Assembly: GCA_905178155.1 (NCBI GenBank)
Contig: CAJINV010000005.1
Span: 8,471,591-8,535,590 of the forward strand
Direction of reading: 5' to 3'
DNA from: Amoebophrya sp. A120
Lineage: Eukaryota; Protista; Dinoflagellata
Length of the DNA stretch: 64,000 nt
Each line of letters opens with the position of its first letter. Positions within the stretch are counted from its first letter, which is position 1. Shown here piece by piece: positions 50,319-62,500 of this stretch. The translations under genes and the position numbers were made by a program. Under the pieces are notes generated by a model. The model saw only the letters and a program-made list of their open reading frames with translations, was not told the DNA's origin and searched no databases.

Positions 50319-50367
50319 AAACAAGCATTTAGTTGGAAAATCTGATTTTCCAACTAAATGCTTGTTT
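50319..50367. repeat. Perfect inverted repeat, 24-bp arms, 1-nt spacer
   Basis: AAACAAGCATTTAGTTGGAAAATC-T-GATTTTCCAACTAAATGCTTGTTT. Confidence 0.9.
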
Positions 50368-50557
50368 GGCTTGGATCGGTGGATCGGTGGGCTGCAGCTG
50401 CCTGCAAAAGAAGTCTATGCTGGTGCAGTGTCAATCCAGATGAGTCAGTTTCAAAAATAAATCGAGTAAGTAATTTTCATCTCCGGTGGCGCATTGTACA
50501 ACTTATCACGAGTGCATAGAATTTGAATTAGAGAAGCTCCAGTCTCGTCCTGACCCC

Positions 50558-50876
50558 AGGTTTCAATCAATGCACAGAGCAGTAGGTGGCTAGCCAAGGT
50601 GGAGCCGAGTAAAAGACACAAGGCACCATTGAAAAAGACCACAATTGCGAAATACGCCGAAGGGGGGATAGCCGTAAATTATCATCCCTTGTAGAGAACA
50701 AGGCTGAAGACAGGAGGCAAAAAAATAATCTGAAGTACAGCCCGATGCGCTGATTCAGTGTCGGTGCCTCTTGTGGTAGTCGAATTTATTTATCAAGTTA
50801 CACCATCAATAGATGATCGGTCATTCGATCTTTCACCAAATTTTACTAAAAGTGACGACCTAATAAAAAGCCATAA
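50558..50876. repeat. Dispersed intergenic repeat, copy 1
   Basis: Aligns with 58410-58757 and partly with 59135-59230. Confidence 0.85.
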
Positions 50877-53294
50877 TAGGCCGCGCCCGCTGCGTTTCAG
50901 CATGCTCTCCCAGTTCTGTTTTTTTGAAAGTTGCTACATTTTGAATTCAGTTTGAATTCAGTTCGATATCGACTTCGATAAGGAGTTTTCGCATGAGATT
51001 TCGAATAGGAGGTGAAGAGGAGATAAGATAGAATCGATCGCAGTTTCTTATCGCGGTTACCTGCGTTAGAATTGTGTTCGATTGGCTAGAAAAATAAAAG
51101 AAAAAAACTTAACAAGATACTAACCTCGAGGGGCACATGAAGGGATGTGGTGTGGCTGCTTCTTGGCGCATTGATCAAACATCACCCCGGATGCCCCTGA
51201 GGGCATCAATTTTCCTCTCATTAATTAAAAACAGCTTCCGCCCTTTTTTTTATTTGGTGCTGCATGATAGACGGATGCGAAAAGCAAAAGAAAAGACTCA
51301 GCAGGGGCTCAAATCCATAACTAGCGCGAGGCCGAGGAGATCAACGACATCGAGGGCGCATGATTCCGATTTCTTTTTTCAAGAAGAAGAAAGGGGGGAA
51401 ATTGAGCATCAACTGAATAGGCATGATAATATGTATGCGGGGCCCCTTTTTTGCTCTTGCTTCTTGGCTACAAGGTCTTGTAGGGACTGTTTCTCTCGGA
51501 ATTTGCTTCTGTTCCCTCCTTTGAGTTGTATTTTTTGAGAAGTCCATACTAGATGTGTCTGTGCAATAGGAGCCTCTTCTTAGCTCCTAGTAGCCAGCGG
51601 AGTCATGCAGTTCACTACTGGCAAACCCGCACCGAACTTCCTCAAATGAGATTTTTGACTTGTAGGCAGTAAGCAAAAAGCTCCAAAAGTTATAGAGACG
51701 ACGAAGCGCATACGAGTTGCCCATATGTGATTCTTGTATGACTCAAAATCCCTCCCAATTAATAACTGGAAAGCTTTATTGTAAAAAAGTATAACAAGAC
51801 AAAGAAACAAAAGCTGAGTCCAGTAAAGCTTTCCTGTATCCGTCTCTCTATAACAGCGCCAAAGAGCAGCGCTGCCCGTCCAGATGCACGCAGCATCTAC
51901 AGCTCTCCATCTAGAGTCCACAAAATTGCAAAGATCCCTGTGATCATTTTTTTCCGCCCTTTAGGTTAGATAGGAGGTGTCAGGGGGCGAGGTAGTGATA
52001 TAGGCTCGCACACCTGAGGACGTAGGCTCCCTTACTAGCTGTATGTGGGTCATTCCCGACGGTGGAGCGTGGTTTTATATGAGAACCAGGTAAGGCTTCA
52101 CTGCCGAAACGACGAAGAGACGTTGGCCCAGCGTAGCACTGTCAAATGGCGACCGAACCTATGCACAGCTAAGGTTTTCTAGCCACGGCAGTGTTGCTCA
52201 CTCCGTACCGGGTCCCGTGCGAGCAACCGTAGCCAGCGAAGTGGAGAGGGAAACCACTGCTCGGACGTTACCGGAGAAATTTGGTAGCGATTGGATCCCG
52301 GGAGCGCACCCACAGAACTTGTCCATGAACCTGTGAAGAACACGACGGCAGCGATCCCCGATCATTTTCATCAAAACTCCGATCAGAAGTTGCTATTGTG
52401 ATCTTTATAAGTTTATGGCTAAGATTATGTTTTCAAAAAAAAATAAAAAAATAAAAAGCCATGACCAGAACTTTTTTTGAAGAACCCTTCTTGATCTTGG
52501 CAAGAAACATCTCTTCGTTTCCCGTCCAAAGAAAAGTTCGCATAGCACGCGAGAGCAAACTGACAGAAAAATAAGTGGATCTGCATCGGGATGGTCCTGT
52601 GGACGATTGGTCACCTCCAATAAATCTGACCAATGTATGCAAACCCAAAGATCGGTATGTACGCTTCTCGATGCCAACCCGAGCATCGGTTAATAAAGTA
52701 TTTGCAAAATCTTCAAGATCGATCTTCCAAAATTTCGGGAGAAAAATCGTAAGGTAAGAGAAGATCAGCTCGACTCGGTTTCGGTAGATCGACAGCGATC
52801 ATTGAAAATCCGCCTTCCAGAAGGATCCTACTAGTAGTAGTAAGACCCGTCCCTTGTGGTCGACTGCTAAGTTGTGCCGCTTATGATCTAGTATGACTGT
52901 GAATTTGTGCACGATGAAGTCGAAGATTATTTTGGTGATCTGGTAAAATGTAAGACCACCCGAAATTTAAATTTGAATTTCCAAGCAACAAAAAAAAAAC
53001 AGCGTCGCATCTTGTATACTTCACAGAATCAGAAATAGAAGTACACCTACAACCTCCATAACAATCTTCATCACGAATTTTGACGACACCAAATTTTACG
53101 AAAGTAACCCAACTTTTCTTAAAGTGCTACAGTGCACAGGCATAACCTAAACGAACCTACCAACAAGCTTTCAGATTTTACTACAAAGGCAGAAGTTCTA
53201 CTTCCTTTAGATCCATCGAAAAACTACAGAAACCGGAGCATTTTTTCCTTTTCGTATTCAGAACATACATAACAAGCACCAAGATCTTCGAAAG

Positions 53295-56200
53295 ATGAAC
53301 AAGATGTTGTCTTCGTGTGCTGTTTTATTCTTTTCCCTAGCGGGCGGCCATCAAGTCGCAGTCCTGGCCGCCGAGTCGCCGACTTCCCCAGGAGGTGGTC
53401 CTCGTGGTCCCGCGCTGAGTATTCTTAATTTTCACGGCCAAGAGATGCAGAGGATTCCGTTTGCAGAATTATGCATTGCAAATATGTCTGGGTCTGGAAA
53501 CTTGTGATGTAAGTCTGTGAATCGTGGGCCCACTACAATATGCAGCCAAGCATGACAAGCTTTTGCATGTGCCATGTGCTTCGTTTTCCGCATGGCAAAC
53601 TGCGTTTTTGCATGACCACAGGGTGTCCGTCTCAACGATACGATACGATGACAGACAGGAGGCCCCGTTCCTGCTTACGCATCGCAGATCCAAGAGTCAT
53701 GCCAGACAAGCATGACAAGCCCTGCATTCTTCCAGACCCAGGCATTGTTGCAATGCATAAGATTGGTGGTACAACAACCGGACAGTTGCGGACCTTTTCA
53801 ACAAGGTGGAGACCGGCGAATGGGAGCCAGCGTCGGCGCACGAGGAGGATGCGGTGTTTGATTGTGGAAGTACCGCGCAGCTCCTCGCGGTCGATATTGT
53901 CCCCGTTCGCTTTGATAATACCTTATCACAAGAAAAAAATGTAGTCACAGGCAGTTACACACGACCCTACGGATGCAAGACCAGCAAGACGTCATGCAGG
54001 AAATGCGTGGCAGTCTCATTTCATGCGTGTTTCTTTCCCTTATAGTCTGCGCACCACAACAAGTTTTCTTTGCCATGCAGGACAACATCTTTGTGATGCT
54101 GAAACTACAACATCAAATGTGTAATAACTGTGGAGCCTTTTTTTTCCGGTGATATCCATGCGTCTTAGGAAAGTACCAACTGACAGATCCGCAGGTACTT
54201 GGGGGGTTTCCACAAGTACGGAAGGCTGCGCTTTTCTCTTCTTCGTCCACGCCCCCAGAGAGCAAAGATATACGGCTCCGATATGTCCGTGCTACGCGCC
54301 AGAAGCTAGCTTTTGCCACCCTGCTCAGAAAAATGTACCGCTTACTCACGGTATCCAGGAACGCCCCGCTACTTGAGTCTTCCGGTCCCACAGCGGAGAA
54401 GGCGGACCTGAAAAAGTTGCTGGGCGACTTCTGGTATGCTCTGCAAAAGTTGTGTCTGACACTCGTACGAATCGCACGCGTGCATGAAAACATCGGAGCT
54501 ACTTTCTTTTTACCTAATTCTGCATCACAATAAATTTTCATCTTCTTCTTGGAGAAATCATTTGCCAAATGCGATTTCACTACCAGTACGAAATAGTACT
54601 TTTGCAATGCATATCTGGCACGAGCATACGCACGCACCAGAAGTTGTAGAGGTGCAAGATGGGCAGCCTGGTCGTTTAGAGCACCAGCTTCGAGCCTTTT
54701 TGATGGGCCCCGGTCGGAGCACAAGATCGCCGCATGATCCGGCGCCCGCAGCGTATTTACTACCCGACGACGCGGAACTTCGTTGGTTTCTGAATCAGAT
54801 TATGAAATCCAAATGTGTCTGGGTCCTCTGGAACATGATGGCAACTTGTCATGCCAAATTTGAATCATGCAAAAATCTGTGTTGTATGATTGCCAACAGC
54901 TGCCCAGACTTTTGACCAAGTTGAGGGGAGGTTTGTTTCTCATGCAGGATTTTTGGCATTTGAGGTTGATAAAGTAGATCTCCCTCTTCACAGAATCCAA
55001 TCTGTCGTGGTCCTGAGTCCTGCATTTCAGACCTCATGAGTCATGTAAAACCTGCATGACCACGACGCCAATCTTTCCAGATCGGCAGATCGATATTTGC
55101 AATGCATACAGGTGGACCGTGCTCTCCTGTCGGCTGCAGCGGAGCCTCAAGAACAGGCGGAAGCGGAGTCGAAGATTGTCCTGCGTTATGGTTCTCCCGG
55201 ACAAGGAGTGAAGGTGTACTCAGCAGGGGAAATTAATCCTGGACACGTTAGAGTTAGCATTGAGGTGGGCGGCCCCCGCCCCGGCCCGGCCGCCGCAGAA
55301 AATCCTAGGCCCCGCCAGGGACGCGGCAGAGGACGTGGCAGGGGCCGCGGCCGGCGGGACAACGAGGTGGACCCGCAGCCGAAGGCGGAGCCGGTCATTT
55401 CCAACTATCCCAGAGAAAAAAGCAGGCAGGGCATATAATTTGTATATATGCAAAAACAATAAATACGCAAAAATAAAAATCTGTCACGGGCGGCCTTGTA
55501 GCATGCTGTTTAGGATCATTCGCAATACAGATTTTTTTGTGTATTTATTCTTGCATAATTATCTGCCTGCTTTTTGTTTTTTCTGTGGGATAATAGTACC
55601 AACCAAACTGTGCATATACCTCCAGAAAGCATGCCGGCGAAGATTTTGGCGAAAATTTCTCGGGAACAAGAACAACGGCGCGACCCACGAATGCGTGGAC
55701 GACACCTCAACTTATCAATAGGAAAAATCCCTCCTGCTCCCCATATCGAAATAAAGGCATGCTTCCGAGATGAATTTGTGTTGCTGATTTGAGGCCACAA
55801 ATCACATTTGTTTTGCAAGAAGACACGGGCACCAGAAGCTTCCGCCCCATTAACATTATGGAAGCGAGCTGCCATGCTGTTGGGCCTAAAAGTGGCCAGC
55901 CGCTTGCCGTGCTGCACAACTAGACCCAGACGGTCCTTCTACCTAGCTTGGGGAAGATCTGGCCGCAAGAGTGCCTCTCTGCAATACAAACCTGATTTCT
56001 TGTGTACACAAATTGAGCGTGAGATGAAAATCCGTTGTGATATGGGGAGGGGGGATTTTTCCATACGATACCACTCTCCTTTTCCTCCCGCGTGGCTCCG
56101 CACCTGGGATTATGGATTGTAAAAATGTCTGGGTCTGGAAGAATGCATGTTTGTCATGCTTGTCTGGTATGACTCTTAAATCTGTCATGCACGTTACCCA

Positions 56201-56815
56201 GGAGCTCTGTTTTTCTGTGATGCAGGAACGCAGTTTGTCATGCAGAATAGGCAACACCTAGAAGCTCAGAAACTTTTCATGCTGAGCGAGCATTTGTGGC
56301 CTCACATGAGACGCCACCCAGCATCACAAGTTTCCAGACCCAGACATTTTTACATTTGATAGGGGTTTGAGTGTGGTGGAGGACGGTTTTGAGATGGACC
56401 ATCGGCATGGAGTTGGGGCGCTTCTTCTATGCATTGGAAATATGTCTGGGTCTGGAAGAATGCAACCTGTCATGCTGATACTGGATAGTGCAAAAATCTG
56501 TGTAGCATGATTACCAAAAGCTGCCCACTTTTGTTGACCAAGCAGCGAGGGAGCTTCTCATGCAGACGAGGCATGATAGAGGTCGGGGAGGAGCAGAATC
56601 TGTCATGCTGGTGGGTCATGTATATGACAGAGGACCTCACGTGGTCGCGACATGGATGAAAACTGCCATGACAAGTCTTGTAACCTTCCAGACCCAGATA
56701 TTTTTGCAATCCATATCTAAGCATCACATGCGAGTTGGAGCTGCGTGAGGAGAACCGCTATGGCCTGACGCTCTCCTTCACCTTTCGTTTAGTTTTTCAT
56801 CACGGCATCCCCTGA
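53295..56815 (+). CDS. Hypothetical secreted protein with internal RG repeat, 9 exons
   Basis: Signal peptide MNKMLSSCAVLFFSLAGG; 8 introners, all joins in frame to ...FRLVFHHGIP*. Confidence 0.8.
53470..53759. mobile_element. Introner family A
   Basis: DR agaat/agatt. Confidence 0.92.
53924..54154. mobile_element. Introner group G
   Basis: DR tacct/tccat. Confidence 0.85.
54435..54613. mobile_element. Introner family B
   Basis: DR tctgg/tctgg. Confidence 0.93.
54801..55108. mobile_element. Introner family A
   Basis: DR cagat/caggt. Confidence 0.9.
55406..55592. mobile_element. Introner group G-like (TIR TATCCCAnAGAAAAAA..GCAGGCAG)
   Basis: DR lost (ccaac/atagt), but removing 5 nt still restores frame. 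Confidence 0.82.
55713..56070. mobile_element. Introner family F
   Basis: DR caact/ccact. Confidence 0.9.
56111..56361. mobile_element. Introner family A
   Basis: DR gggat/ggggt. Confidence 0.92.
56428..56715. mobile_element. Introner family A
   Basis: DR tcttc/tctaa. Confidence 0.9.
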
Positions 56816-58409
56816 CGCCCTCTTTGACTTATGTTTCCTAAAACTCTATGCTTTTAGGAGCCTTGAGCCTGAAGAGGACACGGAGGGGGTGGTCCTCTCC
56901 TGGCGTTTACTTACGTGAGTGGTACTGTTGGAGGGATGAAAAGTGATGTTGCAAAGAAGGTTGATCAGCATAGTAGATCTTGTTTTTTTGACTGCAAACA
57001 AGGTTTATCAGCAGCACCGCGGAGGTTTTTTGACTAGTACAACCTACCGCAGCTAGAGCTAGCGTAACAAGTCGTGCTTTTCGAAATTAATCATATGTAC
57101 TTTTTCAAGCGATGAACAATCAAAGGGGCCCGGGCCGAGGGAGTGGTCAGGGTCGTCTTCGTCTTCCCAAAACAAGCATTGTCCTATTCTACTAAGGATA
57201 AAAATCCACGTATTGAAGTTTTTGAAGTTGAAGACCACGAGGCAGTTGAAGTTTTTACAGTTTTTGAAGTTGAAACTATACAACAAAATTATGCAGCGGA
57301 CGAAGTAGCGCCAGCACCGGGAGTGGCATGCAGCTTCTGACATTGCAGGAAATGAATTTATCTTGTTTAGCACGTTTACTTTATAGGCCACGGAAGCAGG
57401 TCCGACTCAGAAGATCAAGGTAGTTGTATGATTTTTGAACTTGATCCCTATGGGAAGTGCAAAATTCAAGCTTCCCAGTGGGATTTTTTGTGGCAAAAAT
57501 GTATGATTTTTATTTACCCTTTTTTGGCTTGAGCAAGATGGACCTGTTTTTATTCCAAGGTCGTGTAGTTGTTGGCGACATTCTACACGGCAACTTGTAA
57601 GATCATTATATTGACCCCCTACTGGTACTAAAAAGGGATACTTCTTCTAGGGAAGAAGAAGTGGACCTTGATTTTGAACCTCAAAAATTTTTCGAACCGG
57701 CAGTCAAAAATTTAGATCGCGTGGAGTGTGTGACGAGAGCAAGTACTATAACATTAAATCCGTCAGTTCATCTTCTACTTGGAAATTTGCATACCTTGGG
57801 CGTGGTCTCCAGAGTTGGTCGCTGAACATTTATTTTCCGCCAAAATAAAGCTGAAAGCGCCCACATAATGAACATGTTGTATTATCTTCACATAGTGCGG
57901 ACCAGCAGCAGCTCCAAGAAGAAGGAAAAAGGATGACGATAGCCATGCACGCACATGATCCACGATAATTCGATCCATTATTGCAGACTACAGACACGAC
58001 TTTTTGCTAAACCAGGATACAACTAACGCGTGTGAGCTGTGAACTGAAATAAACGGAACACGGGAAGAACCTCCTCCAGCACGACAAGGACAATGATGTA
58101 GAAGAGCAAGAAGTTTGTGTGTAGTCAAGTTTGCGATTGCAAAGCCGAATCCACCGTCGAAATCAATGATCGTCTACGACGGCCCCTTGAAAGCGAAACG
58201 AGCCGGGACGAAAGCTCAGGAATTCAGAGGAAAGTCTGTTGTTCTACTAGTACTCGCGTAATATTTGTTCTTTTTCTTGTTCCGCTATAATTTAAGACAA
58301 CACGACGCTGCCCGCTATAATTTAAGACCCGTCCCGTCGGAGGTCGTCAGCCACGAAAAAGGCATAGATTTTTCTTGGTCGGGAAGATTCAAACTTGTCA
58401 TGCTCGGGA

Positions 58410-58757
58410 AGGTTTCAATCAATGCACAGAGTAGTAGGTGGCTAGCCAAGGTGGAGCCGAGTAAAAGATACAAGGTAGTACCATTGAAAAAGACCACAAT
58501 TGCGAAATACGCCGAACGAGGGGGGATAGCAGTAAACTATCCCTTGTAGAGAACAAGGCTGAAGACATCAGGAGGCAAAAAAATAATCTGAAGTGCTGCC
58601 CGATGAATGTTGGTGCTGCCCGATGTTGATGTGATTCAGCGTCCTCGGAGGCTCTTGCGGTAGTCGAGTTTATTTTATCAAGTTACAACATCACTAGCTG
58701 ATTGGTCATTTGATCTTTCGCCAAATTGTACTAAAAGTGACGACCTAAAAAGCCATG
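58410..58757. repeat. Dispersed intergenic repeat, copy 2
   Basis: Aligns with 50558-50876; followed by a ~128-bp-period duplication (58778/58906). Confidence 0.85.
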
Positions 58758-59411
58758 ATCTCGCTCCTAAGTTCGGTGCGCCCACTACCCACCGGTCCTC
58801 AGCCGTGAAAACGCTGATTTTTGATTTTTTCCCGGCAATTTTAGAGCTCGAGCGCTGTCCATTTTTCCAAAATCGGCCTAGATTTGTTTTTCGTCTCAGC
58901 CCCCTGCGCCCGCTACCCACCGGTCCTGAGCCGTGAAAGCAGTGATTTTTCATTTTTTTCTTGCATTTTATGGCGACTGGACGCTGGCCAATTTTGCAAA
59001 ATTGCTTTGATTTTGCCTTTCGCTTTAGCCGCATGCGCCAGCTAATCCAACAGGGGTCCAACATGGGAGATGTGGTTTTTTGCTCCCGTTAAGTAAGAAT
59101 AATCTCGAGTGCTGGTGGTCGTGTTCAGTTTTGGTGGCTCTTGCGATAGTCGAATTTTATCAAGTTACATTCATGACCAAGAACACTCGGTCTTTCGCCA
59201 AATTTTACTAAAAATGCGGACCTAGTAAATAAGATCTCGTTCGTCCTAACTTATCGATGAAAAGGATCAATCCACGTCGGTTCAACTCCGCCTGACAAGG
59301 TTGATGCAGGCAGCGAGGAAGTGGAGAAAAGCCAAAGCGATATCAGTCGGTCCGTCGGCAGCTGCATAAGTTCGTGGAAAGAGTCTCCACCTCACTGCGG
59401 TAGAGGAAGGG

Positions 59412-59523
59412 GTAATCATGCATTACAAATCTTTTTCTTGAGGTAGATCAGCATTACTCATGCTGAGGAAATTTGTAGTGCATTTATTTTATTTATACGA
59501 GTACGATACTTTTGCACTGCATA
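59412..59523. mobile_element. Orphan family B introner fragment (left TIR missing), apparently intergenic
   Basis: ...GCATTACAAATC...TATACGAGTACGATACTTTTGCACTGCATA. Confidence 0.8.
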
Positions 59524-62500
59524 TAGAAGTACCCGTACCGTACGCAAATATTAAAAGAGCAACCCAATCATGCTTACGTAAAAAGGGTACATACTGTTGG
59601 GAAAATAAACCAAAATGATGTTGAAAACAAGCATTGTCCTACCTGTTGTACCAAGCAAATGAACGTATTTTTTGAGCGCTGAAGTAAGTTTTGAAGAGCA
59701 TGACACGATGAAACTATAATACAAAACGCAGCGAAAGCACATGCACAAGCACTCCTGGCATGCTGCTTCTGACGATAGTTTATTTTGTTTACCACGTTTA
59801 TTATTATTTTTGAAACCACGGGAGGTGGTCCAGGTCCGACTCAGAAGTCAGACGGAGGAGAATTGATACAAGAATAGTTTTGTCGTTGAGAAGCAACTAT
59901 TCGTTTTATGTGTAGTACTTACTTGTACTACGCTTTGGAGGCTGCAGTAGTTTTGGTGTTTTGCTCTATCCTACTTGTTTTGAAATGCTTGTTTTGAACG
60001 GAAGTCAAGTGTACTGCTACTTTTACTTTATTGTGCACTTAGTTTTGAAGGAACGACATACAACTGAATTTTTGTCCGTAGAAGCAAGTAGAGCTTTGGC
60101 GTAAAGGATGAAGTTCTTCATCGTGTAAGATTTTTGACCACAGAAAATAAATTTTCTTTTTACCGATGCACAAGAACTCCTGTGATATAACGGGGTATTT
60201 TAGAAAAACAACCTGAGTTTTTACTCAGGTTGTTCCACAACTTGCACCTCACAGGAGAAGAATCAGCTCCTAGCGTCGTCGACGAGTCCTCAGATAGCTC
60301 CCCACGTCGTCAAATCAGAAAAGGCAGACAGAAAAATCCGATGAATAGCGAGAAGATCAACACGCGAGATTCTTCTTGAAGATCAACACATAGCGAGAAG
60401 ATCAACACACGTGTGTTTGAAAGTAGCTCGCTCTCTAGCAAAAGTCAAGCGGAGCATTACGCTTGCCTTTTTTTAGTTTTTTTCCTTCTTCCTTTTTTCT
60501 CCAGGGGTGTAGAGTTTGTGCCTGCTCTCACTAGCAAGCCATCGCTCGAGAAACTTTGTTTTTTGTTTTTTCCTAGTACTAAACTGTCTTACAGCTCTTT
60601 TGATTACAAACATGTTCATTAATTTCACATGTGCTCTTACCACGTTACGTTTCAGCTTGCTTGTCACGTTATCTCTTTTTCTAGACAAAAGTTACAAAAG
60701 CCAAGATCTCCCGATGTAAGAAGGACTGTGTAAAAGCACTTTATGTTGTTTTGTTGCGTCTTCCGGTCGGCCTTTACGAAACTGACTACAAAAAACCGCG
60801 CCGGTAGATAGGGGGCGGTCTAGTCTACGGTCTAGATCGTCTCCGCTACCATTCGAAAACGCATGTCCCAGCTATAGTACAACACGAGCGGCAACCGACC
60901 CGAGTGTAGTCAGCCGGACCATTTTTAGAAGCCGTTGCGAGGTGGGCGGAGAGGCATCACGCGTGCAGAGGAACGAGAGGAAGGCCAGCGTTCAACTGTG
61001 TGATGTTCGTCGTATATTGTCCTGCCTAGTTCACTATGTCCTTTTGATACTCTCTGCACCTTTGCACCACTGTTCCTTCTGTTAGTTTGAAAATCACTTT
61101 GGAAAATAAAAACGTGGCTTGTAGTGCTTATTTGTCGCATTTTCGCAGATTTTGCTGTAAAATTCTTTAAAATTCACGCGCCACCGCTGTGAGACCCCTA
61201 TATGGATCCTCATAATGTTGCCGCGCACCTCAACCCTGTAGCGCTACGGCGTTTTAGTCGTCATTTTGTGTCTAGCATTGGCTTCTAGTGTTTACAGGTG
61301 GCAAAATCCCAGGGCGATAACAACGCGAACCGAAGTTGCAAACTTAGTTCCGAAATCAGCTGACCCGGGCACCTCCGTGCCAGCAGAAGTAAAATCTTTT
61401 GGCACGACTGTAAAAAATCAGTAATTTTTAGGCGTAAACTGCCGTCAGCGATTTTCCTTAGTTTTTGTAGCTTTTTCTTGTTAAAATTGATCGCCGTAAC
61501 AATAGAAAACAGCAATTTTTAGGCGTAAACTGCCGTCAGGATCTTCATCCAAGCTTCTAGTTATTATTGTGGAAGGTACTACTCTTAGGGTTCATCATAT
61601 TTTTCCTCATGTTTTGGTCTTGTAAGCTCATGCTTAATGATCCATGCCACAGCGCCTCTTTACGCTTTACCGGGCTAGCATTGTAGGCGCACAGCAATTT
61701 TCAAAAACCAAAAAACAGAAGTCGCCAAGAGAAGCAATCGCAACCCCCGGCTCTTTTAGTTCTATCATATATTTTTGCGCATTCAGTCATAATCCGCATG
61801 TAGACCTAGCATCGCCCGCCGTGGCTCCGGTTTCTGCTTCCACTTCTTCTGCTCGGCCATTCGGATTCTTGGCGATATTACGGCGGATTCACTCGCTTGG
61901 AGGCGATGGTAGCGACGGTTACAACAATCTGACCCCCAGATGTTCTCGCAAAGCCCGTGCTGGCGATCCGGTCGAGGTCTCGCTCCCGGTCTGTATTTCT
62001 GGCTGCGTGCACACCGACTTCGACGACTGGCGGTCCAGGTGCTCCGAACAACCACCGTGGGCATTTACTCTAGTGTATAGCACAATTCCGAAAGAGTACA
62101 TTTGTCATGCGCACTGCTCATGCTTTTCTTTTGTATTTTATCGGCTGATCGGCCCCATTTAGCCTGTACTACAAACTTTCATACATGCAGCACTACCAAG
62201 CTCGTGTAGATTTTCCCCGACCCGGATACACGCTTCCCCCGCTGCTGCCTCTCGGTTGGACACCTCTTGGGTGCTCAGCTGTTTGTCAGGGCTTTTTACA
62301 TGCGCGTGAGATCCGGTGGTGCAGAAAAATGCGCCACGATGGAGGTAATCCCCCGGTGTTTCCCCCCGTCTCGCCCTTGCACACTCGGGTTCCACCGTGG
62401 ACATGAAAACTTTATATGATGATCGGAGGCTTGTTTGTTGTCTGCGGAGTTCCACCATGGCGTCTGATCGTAGATATTTTTGGGTCAGGTCTGCTAATCC

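Noticed and set aside
51137-52400. Possible retroelement or recombinase remnant, or hammerhead-like CTGAGGA...GAAAC
   Set aside because: No RT, integrase or tyrosine-recombinase motif recognised, and I could not build the required stems.
1967-56715. Recurrent peptides in the ORF track (CIANMSGSG, QKYRTRSN, YEYDTFA, FQTQTYL) as a protein domain family
   Set aside because: They are read-through translations of introner TIRs.
7624-56720. Apparent excess of synonymous mismatches between DR copies, suggesting both copies are translated
   Set aside because: Hand count of about 16 synonymous to 12 non-synonymous is close to expectation for one exonic and one free copy.
61423-61539. 26-bp direct repeat AATTTTTAGGCGTAAACTGCCGTCAG, two copies 91 bp apart
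   Set aside because: Only two copies with no associated feature; likely a local duplication.
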